Virus record (IMG/VR): IMGVR_UViG_3300049329_000003
Location: 2,588-66,587 of that record
Source: a virus
Taxonomy: Duplodnaviria > Caudoviricetes
Length of the DNA stretch: 64,000 nt
Direction: 5' to 3' (one strand)
Shown: positions 8,336 to 17,308 of the stretch, in pieces
Layout: each line of letters opens with the position of its first letter
How positions within the stretch are numbered: position 1 is the stretch's first letter
Notes under the pieces: model-generated
What the model was told of the DNA's origin: nothing
The model's database searches: none
Seen by the model: the letters and a program-made list of their open reading frames with translations, nothing else
Translations under genes and position numbers: made by a program

Positions 8336-11300
8336 TATGCTAACACCTCGTCATCTGCAAATGCTTGCCGGATAGGGCCACCCGACTTAACGTCATTGAG
8401 CACTACCGCGGTGAAGGCACGAGACATCTGATCGCCCGCCGCGCGGAACTCAACAATGATTCGCTGTGGCTCAGGTTGATTGCGATTGAAGGCGAGAGGA
8501 TTTAGCTGACCACGATCGCGATCTCCGCTACTGCTACCCGTGCCGCCGCCTGTCCCTTTCTGCTTGAACGCATCACCGGCCACGGCTCGTCCCGCGATCG
8601 CCGCCGCACCGGCAATGGAACCCCACAGTGCGGCGGATATAAACGCGTCGCTGGCTCCCTTGAAGTTGCCAATGGCGAGCATTGCAAATCCGACTGCTAG
8701 TTGCTTTACGGCGTTGATAGCCGCCTCTGCTGCGATTGACGCAAGGGCCTGAGCAAGAATTTTCCGCATCACTGCTGGACCGGTCTCGCCGAGTAAGACC
8801 CAATTAGCCACTACTTGACCTATCGCATCGGCAAACTGAGAAAAGGTATTGCTGAGAATATCACCGAGCGGGACAATAGTGGTTTCCGTTTCCGCAATAA
8901 ATGCCCGCATCGTGTTCTGCAACTCAGCAAAGGCGCTCTTGATGGATTCAATCGGACTCAGAAACGCATCCTTAAAGAGTCCCGCAAAGTCCCCCAAGTC
9001 TTTAGCGTTAAATCCGAGCTTGCCGAAAGGCGAGGCTTCTCGTTCATCCCGTTCCGACTCCTCGGTAACACGCCGCTTACGAGCCTGCGTTTTCTTGTCT
9101 TCCGCGTCCTGCTGACGTTTTAGTTCTTCCCGCTTCAGACGTAGCGTTTCCAACTCTTTTACGAGGCGTTCGTGCTGCTCGATCTCGGCGTCCGTACCGA
9201 TTTTCAGGCTCTTAAGGTGTTGCTCGATGATCCTGATTTGCTCATCAACCTCACGCTCTTGGGCTGTAATTGAATCCGTGACACGCTGGTGTCTTGCGGA
9301 CTCTTCCGCTAAGTCAAGATCACGCTGCGCGCGGATGATTGCCTTCCGATCAGCGAAGTGTAGCCGCATCAGCCGGATAACCTCATCCTGCGCATCACGC
9401 TCGATGTCGGCAATGCGTTCTCGGATATCCTCTAACTCCCGAGCGTAGCGCCGCTCGTTCTCCAAATCCTCTTGTCGCTTCTCGTCGATATTGCGATTGC
9501 CTTCATCCTCGATTGTTACGCGCTGCGCACGGAGAATCTTGAGCTGGTTGTTCAACTCCGCTTCCGCTTTGAGCCGTTCATTGACGTTGACGATTGACCC
9601 TGCTGTTTTTAGCCGCGCTTCCGTGGCCTCGATCTCCTGATCGATTAAATCTAACCTAACGCGCAGGATCTCTCGCGCCGCGTCTTCCTCGGTCTTGATC
9701 CTGAGCCGCGCCTGCGCCTCAATCGCGGCTATGGTTCGCTCACTGGAAATGCGCAGCAGTTCGAGAGCAGTGTCGATCTCACCCTGCTTGATTTCCTTAG
9801 TTCGTATCGCGGCTTGCCGATCTCGCTGCAAACGCCGCTCTCGCTGTTCATCTGCAAGTCGATCCGCTTCCTGGTTGAGCTTCTGAATTTCGTTATCAAT
9901 GTCCTTCTGGTTTTCAATCGTGAGGAAGCCGATGCGCTTTTGTTCTTCCAATGATTCCCGTCGGGCGTCGATTTTAGATCGCTCAAGCTGCTCGATTATT
10001 GTTAGACCATCAGCCTCCGTCTCGGCACCACGCTCAATCTCAGCTTCGATGATCTTGATCTGCCTATCGAACTCACGCACTAGAATGTCAGTTGCATTCC
10101 GCGCTTCATTGCGCCGTGAGTCAGCGGCTTCCTTTGCCGCCTTCGCGCGAATTTCGCGTGAGGTGGTGGTGAATAGCGACTCGGCGTCCAGTTCCTGTTG
10201 CTGGAGTTTCTGAACTTCCTCACCGGCCTTGCGAATAGTCTCAATCTTCTCTGACTCGGAAATGTCGGTACGGCCTTGAGTGATCTTGATCTGCTGTTCC
10301 TGCAAATCCAACTGCGCCTGAATGCGTGCTTTATCCGCGTCCAGTACCTTCTTATTGTTAGTGATTACACCTTCCGCCTCTTGCTGGCGGTTAATCCGGC
10401 CCTGCTCAAACAATTGACTCAGTATCTGCTTCTGTTCCGCTGCTGAGCGTTTAACTATCGCCGTTACAGCATCGGCGGTCTGCGCAGCGTCTTTAGCCGA
10501 TCCGAGTGCGCTTGTTATAGGCAGTGCTACAGGAGACGGCCCAGGGGCGTTCTGCGATGGGATCGCCTGCGGGTTGATATCCTTGAATATCGTCGCCTGC
10601 TCGTTCGATTCCTTGATGGCGTCCGCAAGCGCTTTGTAGTCATTAGTGAGCGCGGCCACGATGAGGCCCAGTCCCTTCATGCTCTGGCCCACAGTGCGTA
10701 CGACCGGACCGGCCAGATTGCTGAAAAGCCTGAGCAGTGGACCAAGGTCGCGGACCAAGTCACCGGTCACGCGGATCACATCGATGAAAGCGGGGATTAG
10801 CTCCTGCGCGGCTACAGCAGAAGCCGCACGGAGTTGGAAGTCCAATAGTGCTAACTCATCATTGAACTTGTCGGCAGCACGAGCAGCATCCGTCTCAATG
10901 AGTATGCCCATTTCACGGAAGCGTTTGATTGCCCCGTCGAGATCGCCATTAGTCTCTTTGAGGATGGCGAGGATCTGCTTGCCGCCTCGCGCGCCGAATA
11001 GTTCCGCTGCTGCGTTGGTCTGCTCAAACCCTTCTGGCATGGCAGCCAAGGCAGCAAACGCGGACCGTAACGCTGTCTCAGTATCGGAGGTAGCAATACC
11101 AAAGTCGCTGAATAGCTTCCCGGTTTTACTGAGAGGATCTTGCGCGTCGTCAAGCTTGCGCTGAAAGTTGACGATGGAGTTGGTGAGACTCCCCACTTCA
11201 CCGCCAGTGGTCTTCGCCAGCACCTCCAACGCAGAAAGCGTCTCAACTGCCAGCCCCGTCTGTTGCGCAAGATCGAACATTCGTCCTTGGAACTCTGCCG

Positions 11301-11931
11301 CATTCTTTGTCAACTGAAAGATCTCACGCGCCGCGAGTGCTGCCCCGGTAGCCATTGCGGTAATCGCTACAACGGCAAGGCCAATCGGCAACGCTAAGCC
11401 GCCCGCCGCCACCGCTGCACCTTCCGCTGATGTTGCCATCGTGGCTAATCCCGATGCGGCCTGCTCGGCAGATGGAATGATCTTCGCGTTGTTTGCCAGT
11501 AGCTCGGCGCCGAAGAACTTCACCGCGGCAGCGTCACGGTTAGCCTGTCCCTCAATCTTCGCGAAGGTAGTTAGGAAGGTGGTTAGTTGCGGGACAGATT
11601 TACCTGTAGTAGATGAGAGTCCGGTGATTGAATCGGCTACTTTCTTGAGCGCCGCTTCCTGCTTGGCGGTCTCCTTACCTAGCCCGCTGATATTTTCAGT
11701 AACGCGCAGGAAGGACCCGCCAACCAGAGGAAGACGCTGACTGACAAAGACGTTGAGATTGTCGCCCAGATCACTGAATACTTTGTTCGTGCCTGAAACG
11801 GTTTGTGTGAGTTCGGGACCGAAGGATTGACGAAGTTGGGCCACGGCGACGCGAGTCTCAGCTACCGCAGCTTTACCACCGGAGGAATCCCCGCGGATGC
11901 GGAGTAGCAGCGATGTCTCGTTAGCTGACAT
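8335..11931 (-). CDS. Tape measure protein
   Basis: 1198 aa, Ala-rich helical/coiled coil, LAQQTGLAVETLSAL and ADKFNDEL motifs, downstream of the tail chaperones. Confidence 0.93.
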   Translation of the reverse strand: MSANETSLLLRIRGDSSGGKAAVAETRVAVAQLRQSFGPELTQTVSGTNKVFSDLGDNLNVFVSQRLPLVGGSFLRVTENISGLGKETAKQEAALKKVADSITGLSSTTGKSVPQLTTFLTTFAKIEGQANRDAAAVKFFGAELLANNAKIIPSAEQAASGLATMATSAEGAAVAAGGLALPIGLAVVAITAMATGAALAAREIFQLTKNAAEFQGRMFDLAQQTGLAVETLSALEVLAKTTGGEVGSLTNSIVNFQRKLDDAQDPLSKTGKLFSDFGIATSDTETALRSAFAALAAMPEGFEQTNAAAELFGARGGKQILAILKETNGDLDGAIKRFREMGILIETDAARAADKFNDELALLDFQLRAASAVAAQELIPAFIDVIRVTGDLVRDLGPLLRLFSNLAGPVVRTVGQSMKGLGLIVAALTNDYKALADAIKESNEQATIFKDINPQAIPSQNAPGPSPVALPITSALGSAKDAAQTADAVTAIVKRSAAEQKQILSQLFEQGRINRQQEAEGVITNNKKVLDADKARIQAQLDLQEQQIKITQGRTDISESEKIETIRKAGEEVQKLQQQELDAESLFTTTSREIRAKAAKEAADSRRNEARNATDILVREFDRQIKIIEAEIERGAETEADGLTIIEQLERSKIDARRESLEEQKRIGFLTIENQKDIDNEIQKLNQEADRLADEQRERRLQRDRQAAIRTKEIKQGEIDTALELLRISSERTIAAIEAQARLRIKTEEDAAREILRVRLDLIDQEIEATEARLKTAGSIVNVNERLKAEAELNNQLKILRAQRVTIEDEGNRNIDEKRQEDLENERRYARELEDIRERIADIERDAQDEVIRLMRLHFADRKAIIRAQRDLDLAEESARHQRVTDSITAQEREVDEQIRIIEQHLKSLKIGTDAEIEQHERLVKELETLRLKREELKRQQDAEDKKTQARKRRVTEESERDEREASPFGKLGFNAKDLGDFAGLFKDAFLSPIESIKSAFAELQNTMRAFIAETETTIVPLGDILSNTFSQFADAIGQVVANWVLLGETGPAVMRKILAQALASIAAEAAINAVKQLAVGFAMLAIGNFKGASDAFISAALWGSIAGAAAIAGRAVAGDAFKQKGTGGGTGSSSGDRDRGQLNPLAFNRNQPEPQRIIVEFRAAGDQMSRAFTAVVLNDVKSGGPIRQAFADDEVLA

Positions 11932-11975
11932 AAAGTAAAAGGCCCAACTCGGTTAGGAATCGGGCCTGCTGGAAG
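11932..11975 (-). promoter_or_regulatory. Hairpin plus TTTACTTT directly before the tape measure ATG
   Basis: Minus strand CAGGCCCG-attcctaaccgag-TTGGGCC-TTTTACTTT-ATG; no SD between stem and start. Confidence 0.55.
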
Positions 11976-11981
11976 CCGCTA

Positions 11982-12203
11982 CTAAAATGTCCACCCCTCA
12001 GTCGGAGGGCGCGATTGCCTGTACATTTCAAACGCTATCACTCGCAGGTGATCGATCGTTAGCTCGTTCTTGTGAATCTGACTGCCATGCTTGTTTTGAA
12101 ACCTGACCTTGCCATCTGAGATTTCAAGAAAGGGTTTCTGACAGCGGTTGCAAATCAGCACCGAGCCTGACTCACGGTGCTCGATGATTAGCCGATGGGC
12201 CAT
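11982..12203 (-). CDS. Small CxxC protein between tail chaperone and tape measure
   Basis: 73 aa, LICNRCQKPF; TAATG coupling with the upstream ORF. Confidence 0.7.
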   Translation of the reverse strand: MAHRLIIEHRESGSVLICNRCQKPFLEISDGKVRFQNKHGSQIHKNELTIDHLRVIAFEMYRQSRPPTEGWTF

Positions 12204-12460
12204 TAAAAACTCTGCTCATTAAACTTCTCGGTTTCGATCTTGATTCGCTTAGGCATTGAACCTGTCGCCAGTGCTGCTAGATACGCGGTTAACCTTTCAC
12301 TCTCACGCTCCTGCTCAAATCCATCCCAGACAATCCCGCACTCAATGTTGAACGCCTGCGCTATCGACTCGTCCTCAATCCCCAGTTCCTCTGCCGGACT
12401 TCTAAGACACAGCCGCGCTGTCGTTATCAACGTCAATACCTGATCCCGATCCTTCAGGAA
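12203..12460 (-). CDS. Tail assembly chaperone second ORF (gpT-like, probably reached by frameshift)
   Basis: Overlaps the 3' end of the 12402-12869 gene in the +1 frame, has no good start of its own and occupies the classical position. Confidence 0.7.
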   Translation of the reverse strand, partial: FLKDRDQVLTLITTARLCLRSPAEELGIEDESIAQAFNIECGIVWDGFEQERESERLTAYLAALATGSMPKRIKIETEKFNEQSF

Positions 12461-12869
12461 AGTTACTGACCGCTTCCACAGTCGTCTCCCCTTCCTTGAG
12501 CCTGACAGGTATGGTTGGCGAGCCTTGCGCAAACCACATGAAGATCTGCCAGAAGTCGCGGACAGGAAGATCGTCAGGGTGGTATTGACCTTCCTTCGGG
12601 TTGAGCGAGACTACAGGGCTGACAATCACGTCCGAGATCACCACGCGGGCAAATTCAGTTAACTCCTCTAATTCTGAGTCAGAGAGCTTCTGAATTGCGT
12701 CAAGCTGTGCGTCCGCTGTCACCTTTTCCTTTGCGCCTACCTTGTTGAGGACGCGGACAAATCTCCCGGCCTTGAGCGAGAGACTAGGCCCTGGACGGCG
12801 CAGGACAACCTGATTGCCGGAATCACAGGTGAATGTCGTCACCTGCCGCTTAGACCATTGATTGTTCAT
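12402..12869 (-). CDS. Tail assembly chaperone (gpG-like)
   Basis: 155 aa between major tail and tape measure genes. Confidence 0.8.
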   Translation of the reverse strand: MNNQWSKRQVTTFTCDSGNQVVLRRPGPSLSLKAGRFVRVLNKVGAKEKVTADAQLDAIQKLSDSELEELTEFARVVISDVIVSPVVSLNPKEGQYHPDDLPVRDFWQIFMWFAQGSPTIPVRLKEGETTVEAVSNFPEGSGSGIDVDNDSAAVS

Positions 12870-13495
12870 TACGACTGCGCTCCCGCGTTCTGGACAAACA
12901 TGAATCCGACGCGATCGGTTTTCAGCCTAGAGCCGATGGCTAGACCGCGGAACGCATACGGAGACTTGCTAATGTCTTTACTGGTAATGTTTCCAGTCAG
13001 TCCCGCATCGTTGAAAGCCTTGTAGAGATGAATATAAGAGAATCTTGTCGGGTCATCTTCAAACGGCCAGATCAGAGCAACGGAAGTATAGACAACATCG
13101 GCTTGGCCGATAGTAACCCCCGTGCCGCCGTCTCCGTCTCTACGGGTCAGAGTCGGATTTAAGATTTCTGCCAAGTTCATATCCATCACTTGAAGCAGTG
13201 AACCGGAAATCACGGCCTCTTGCGCGGTCGGCCGACTAAAAAGAGGATCAGGTGATTCATCAGCAAAGAAGGTGGCAAATGTGGGCTTGATGAGAAACTG
13301 AGAACCCGCATCAGTCCATCCAATGTGTAGCGCGTTCGGATTCTGAGTTGAGTCTGGCGTACCGTCCGCGTCCAGAACCAATCGGATGCCTGCGCCCTTA
13401 TCCCATTCCCCGCTGCCGGTGCCGAGGTCCGCGTATAGCTTGCCCGGACCTATCGGGACATTCTGATTAACAAAGTTGTCAGGTGTGCCACCCAT
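12869..13495 (-). CDS. Major tail (tube) protein
   Basis: 208 aa, IGPGKLY...HIGWTDAGSQF pattern, AAGGAG RBS, position. Confidence 0.85.
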   Translation of the reverse strand: MGGTPDNFVNQNVPIGPGKLYADLGTGSGEWDKGAGIRLVLDADGTPDSTQNPNALHIGWTDAGSQFLIKPTFATFFADESPDPLFSRPTAQEAVISGSLLQVMDMNLAEILNPTLTRRDGDGGTGVTIGQADVVYTSVALIWPFEDDPTRFSYIHLYKAFNDAGLTGNITSKDISKSPYAFRGLAIGSRLKTDRVGFMFVQNAGAQS

Positions 13496-13512
13496 TGGAG
13501 GATCTCCTTTGT

Positions 13513-13560
13513 GAAAAGAAAGCCCGCCACTTCCTCGGTTAAGAGAAAGGGCGGGCAGGT
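13513..13560 (-). terminator. Large-loop terminator-like hairpin before the major tail gene
   Basis: Minus strand ACCTGCCCGCC-(21 nt)-GGCGGGC-TTTCTTTT. Confidence 0.65.
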
Positions 13561-13602
13561 AAACGTCGAAGCGTTTCTTAGACCGCTAGATGGTTTTCAA
13601 CG

Positions 13603-14124
13603 CTACTTCTCATTGAATACAAGGGTAGCCTGCATCAATGCGTCTCGATAATAAACCGACTCGCGCTCACGGATTGATCCGTAAACATGCTCTAACTCCA
13701 AAACAATGCCAAAGATTATAGCACTCATGTTCCGTTTCCAGTCGGCTTTTTTCGCTGAGCGTAATACGGCATCTAAGGTATTCATGTAACGCATGAGTTT
13801 AACGGAGACTGCTCGCCCGGAATCGGCAGTCACGCCTACATAGATATCAAATCTTACTGCTTGATTGAGCCTGTCAGCGGCGTCGGATTCAGTACCAGCG
13901 TTTCGATTTGGACCTATCGCCAACGTTGGGAAGACAAGTCTCTGGATTTGACCCACGGCACGCTCCTGAAAGTCTTCCATGTATTGCGGATCGTCGGGAG
14001 AGAGCGCGGCCTGTGTGGGAAAAAAGTAATCCAGCGCCTCTTTATAGTCGCGTTCAATAACAAGGAGGGCGTTGTTGATTACACCCTCCTCTTGGACTGC
14101 GTGGTATTTCGGTGTCCATGCCAT
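13603..14124 (-). CDS. Tail terminator-like protein
   Basis: 173 aa immediately upstream of the major tail gene; FPTLAIGP...VRFDIYVGV. Confidence 0.6.
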   Translation of the reverse strand: MAWTPKYHAVQEEGVINNALLVIERDYKEALDYFFPTQAALSPDDPQYMEDFQERAVGQIQRLVFPTLAIGPNRNAGTESDAADRLNQAVRFDIYVGVTADSGRAVSVKLMRYMNTLDAVLRSAKKADWKRNMSAIIFGIVLELEHVYGSIRERESVYYRDALMQATLVFNEK

Positions 14125-14331
14125 TTAGCAATTCTCGTAAGGAAAAGGCTTATACTGCGTCAGTGCCAGGATAACCGTAATGCCTTCGTTTAAGCTCCAG
14201 TTATCCTCACGGTTACAAATCACCATCGCGCGATCTCTAAAGCTAACCACGTCGCCTTTTTCGATATTCTCCAGCCCTGCGCAAATAAGATCGACGCCAT
14301 TGAAACTGACCGTCTCAAATTGTTCAGCCAT
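14125..14331 (-). CDS. Hypothetical protein
   Basis: 68-aa ORF tightly packed in the neck operon. Confidence 0.55.
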   Translation of the reverse strand: MAEQFETVSFNGVDLICAGLENIEKGDVVSFRDRAMVICNREDNWSLNEGITVILALTQYKPFPYENC

Positions 14332-14336
14332 ACAGA

Positions 14337-14819
14337 TTAAGCCGCCCTCTCGTCAACCTCAAATCCCGTACTGCGTGTGAACTCGACTAACCGTTGCTGA
14401 ATGCTTTTTATAAACCTACGCTTCTGCTCCTCAGTGAGCGAGATGATCGGTCGTGACTTCTGGTGAAAGAGTGCGTAAGGTAAAGCCGAGCCAATCAGTA
14501 ACTCCTCTTTCTCTGGTCTGAGAACCGAGTCCAGCGCGTCCGGCCCGGTTATTGACTCATACAACGCATCCTCTCGCCTGAGAATCGTCTTGCCGGGGAA
14601 CTCGCGCTCCTTGAATAGCTTGTAAGCGGGACTCAGCGGCGCCCACTTGCCGGATGCGCCGCTTGCGCCCTCGGTTAAAAACTGTTCATTCTCAATTTCA
14701 TAGAACGTTGTGATCACTCCCGGCCAGAAGTTGCGAAAGTCGGTGATCTCCTGCTCAACGCGATTGAAGGCGCGGTCGATGATTACTTCGCCTTGGATCT
14801 GCGCGGTGAACCGTAGCAT
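14337..14819 (-). CDS. Phage virion morphogenesis (tail completion, Mu gpG-like) protein
   Basis: KWAPLSPAY...GKTILRREDALYES...IGSALPYALFHQ pattern. Confidence 0.85.
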   Translation of the reverse strand: MLRFTAQIQGEVIIDRAFNRVEQEITDFRNFWPGVITTFYEIENEQFLTEGASGASGKWAPLSPAYKLFKEREFPGKTILRREDALYESITGPDALDSVLRPEKEELLIGSALPYALFHQKSRPIISLTEEQKRRFIKSIQQRLVEFTRSTGFEVDERAA

Positions 14820-15691
14820 TAGACAAACGCTGGCCCCGCTACCTTACCGCGCCACTTGCGAGCAATGGCCTTTACACGGGGCGGAATCGACTCTCTTAAA
14901 GGTTGACCTTCCAGTCCGACTAACTTGACCGCAGCGGGGTCGGTTTCTCGCCAAAGATTCAGCACCCACTCAATCACTGCCGCCTTAACATCTTGCGGAG
15001 TCTCCCGCCAGCCCCACACAGCGGATACCGTAACAGCCACTCCTGACCACCAGCCCGACCCAGAGAGGTTATAGAAGCGGTTAGATGGCGGTAGTAGACC
15101 GCTTTCAGTAGTTAGCACTAAGTAGCCGTTCTGTTCGACGTAGGCAGGCGTGGTGTAATCACTCGGCACCGTGATACTGAGTGTTCCCGGTAGGTACGGC
15201 GGAAGTTGCAGGTAATTACCTCCATCACCGTAGATTGTTTTCGTTGTAGCAATAGGAATCTCAACGGGATTGAAGTAACCTTCAGGTACGCCGCACTCAA
15301 GATCGAACATACGCGATGCCTGCTCAATTAGCGCATCCAGCTCAGCGGGGGTCAACGACGCAGTTGTAGCTGAGCCTCCCGCGCCTGCCCCGCCCTGCGC
15401 GCGGCGTCTCACTTCGGTTGAGGAGCAGTACGCAACTGAGCGCTGGATGCGGATATAGAAACTGCGCGTCTCGGTCTGCATTCCGGCGGTGATCGTATTG
15501 CTGAGTTCGTAAGTCTCACCCCAAGTACCACCCGAAAGGCGAATCAGTGTCGTACTTGAGGTGTTACTATCTGCGTCTTTAGTGATACCTGACGGCACAC
15601 TCCACGCTGAGGTCGAGATAGTCAGATCACCAAGCCAATCAGACCAATTAATTGAGTAGTCTAAAATCTCAACTGGTTCTTTAGTGAACAT
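14819..15691 (-). CDS. Fibre-adaptor Ig-like domain fused to gp6-like head-tail connector
   Basis: N-terminal KEPVEILDYSINWSDWL...LSGGTWGETYELSN; C-terminal AYCS...LIEQASRMFD...WGWRETPQDVKAAV. Confidence 0.75.
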   Translation of the reverse strand: MFTKEPVEILDYSINWSDWLGDLTISTSAWSVPSGITKDADSNTSSTTLIRLSGGTWGETYELSNTITAGMQTETRSFYIRIQRSVAYCSSTEVRRRAQGGAGAGGSATTASLTPAELDALIEQASRMFDLECGVPEGYFNPVEIPIATTKTIYGDGGNYLQLPPYLPGTLSITVPSDYTTPAYVEQNGYLVLTTESGLLPPSNRFYNLSGSGWWSGVAVTVSAVWGWRETPQDVKAAVIEWVLNLWRETDPAAVKLVGLEGQPLRESIPPRVKAIARKWRGKVAGPAFV

Positions 15692-17308
15692 CTAGATTGT
15701 TCCCGTTTGGGTCTCCAGCTCGGTAGTCTGCGTTCTAGCTTCCGTGCCTACGCTTAACGATCTCGACGTGGAACCAATAACAACCGACTGACGCGGCGCA
15801 AAGTGGACAACAGAAACTGCAATTCCTGAGGCGAGTATAGCACTTGCGGCGTTAAGAGAAACAGATCCTTCGTGTTCTCCCGTGCTGACTAGACCACCGG
15901 ACTCGACGGTGACAAGCCCCGTGATAAGTCCAGATGACTGGAGAATCGAGAAGAACAAACCGCCCGAGACGCTAATACTACTAGCTGCGTCTAACGCACT
16001 ACCTCTAAGAATCTCGCACTGACCGGCCGATTGAATCTCCCCGTTGATATTAAAATCACTGGCTGATTGAGCTATTGAGAAGAATTCTGCTGCAGCTGCA
16101 ACTACGCCTGCGCCTTCGAGTTGACTGAAACGTTCAAGAGTCGTGAATCCACTGGATTGTATCTCTCCACTAACGGCAATCAAGACTGAGCGCTCATGCG
16201 CTCCAGTGGGAGGCTGAATCTCTCCGCTGCTCTCAACAGCAGCGTCAGTACTAACAATCCCCGCTCTCTGAAATATCGAGAAGAAAGTTGCCGCTGTCTG
16301 AATCCTAACCTCGGTCTCTAGTAATGCTGATCCTGCAAAGATCGAAAAGAACTCGCCTGAAACCGTGACTGACGCAGTTCCGTTTACCACTGAACTCCCG
16401 GAAACTACAGAGAAGAAGTCTCCGGTTGCGCTAATGTCCGCGCTTACGCTTATGAGTGTAGAACCCGACAGAACGGAGAAGAAAACACTTGAAGAGTTAA
16501 TGATGGACGCTGCGTCGATCGCGCTTGAACGTAGTAAGCTTCTCTGTCCCGCCGTAGCTATCAGCCCCGCTGCGTCATTGAGAGACGTCCGACTGAACAC
16601 AGAAAAGAAAGTTGCGGCTGATGCCACTGCGCCCACACCGTCAACTAATGCAGATCCGGTAAGGAGCGCGCTCCCATCAAGCTCTAAAGCATGCGAGCAA
16701 AAGACCGTGCTCGAAGCTGCTCCAAAGGTTATTGTGGTTCCGGTAAATCCACTATTGCGTGTAGCGACTTCTAACGCAACTGTATCATTCGACTGGCTTG
16801 TGTCTTGTCGTTCGGTCCAGCCGGTCGGCTCCGTGGTGGTCGTATCCGCGCTGCCATGCGCGACGATAGTAAGGTTTCCGGTCAATGCGCTTTGGTTGAG
16901 GACTGGCGCAGCGGTTCCCGCCGCCTGGTTATTCTGCGATCCCTTGCTGCGAACCGCATCCGCGCCCACTCGAGACATACCACTAATCGCAACCGACACA
17001 ACGCAGCCGGACGTATTTGAGCCCGTCGCCACGGTAATCACGGTTGAGGTCGTATTCGCCATCAACGCCGTGCGGATGAAGACCGAGAGGCGGTAATTTA
17101 TAGACGCAATGGAGGCATTCATCACGTCAATGCGGTCGTAAGTTCCGGAACTGTTGCTATCTGAGCAAGTAGGCGTGTCATTCGTGTTGGCGGCAACAAA
17201 ACAGTAAACGATTAGCAGATCCCCGACAGCCGGAGTAATAGTCGCGGTACGATTGCCCGTTCCTGAGGATGTACCACCCGCTACTGATGTACGATAAGTT
17301 GCCGCCAT
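15692..17308 (-). CDS. Ser/Thr/Ala-rich neck or head fibre protein with 22-aa FFS repeats
   Basis: GDLLIV...PTGWTE beta domain followed by periodic FFSV/FFSI motifs every ~22 aa. Confidence 0.7.
   Translation of the reverse strand: MAATYRTSVAGGTSSGTGNRTATITPAVGDLLIVYCFVAANTNDTPTCSDSNSSGTYDRIDVMNASIASINYRLSVFIRTALMANTTSTVITVATGSNTSGCVVSVAISGMSRVGADAVRSKGSQNNQAAGTAAPVLNQSALTGNLTIVAHGSADTTTTEPTGWTERQDTSQSNDTVALEVATRNSGFTGTTITFGAASSTVFCSHALELDGSALLTGSALVDGVGAVASAATFFSVFSRTSLNDAAGLIATAGQRSLLRSSAIDAASIINSSSVFFSVLSGSTLISVSADISATGDFFSVVSGSSVVNGTASVTVSGEFFSIFAGSALLETEVRIQTAATFFSIFQRAGIVSTDAAVESSGEIQPPTGAHERSVLIAVSGEIQSSGFTTLERFSQLEGAGVVAAAAEFFSIAQSASDFNINGEIQSAGQCEILRGSALDAASSISVSGGLFFSILQSSGLITGLVTVESGGLVSTGEHEGSVSLNAASAILASGIAVSVVHFAPRQSVVIGSTSRSLSVGTEARTQTTELETQTGTI

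Noticed and set aside
16365-17096. 243-aa plus-strand ORF (and similar ones at 10646-11164, 3870-4172, 23795-24214)
   Set aside because: These are antisense shadows of real genes with biased codon usage; they have no RBS or recognisable motifs
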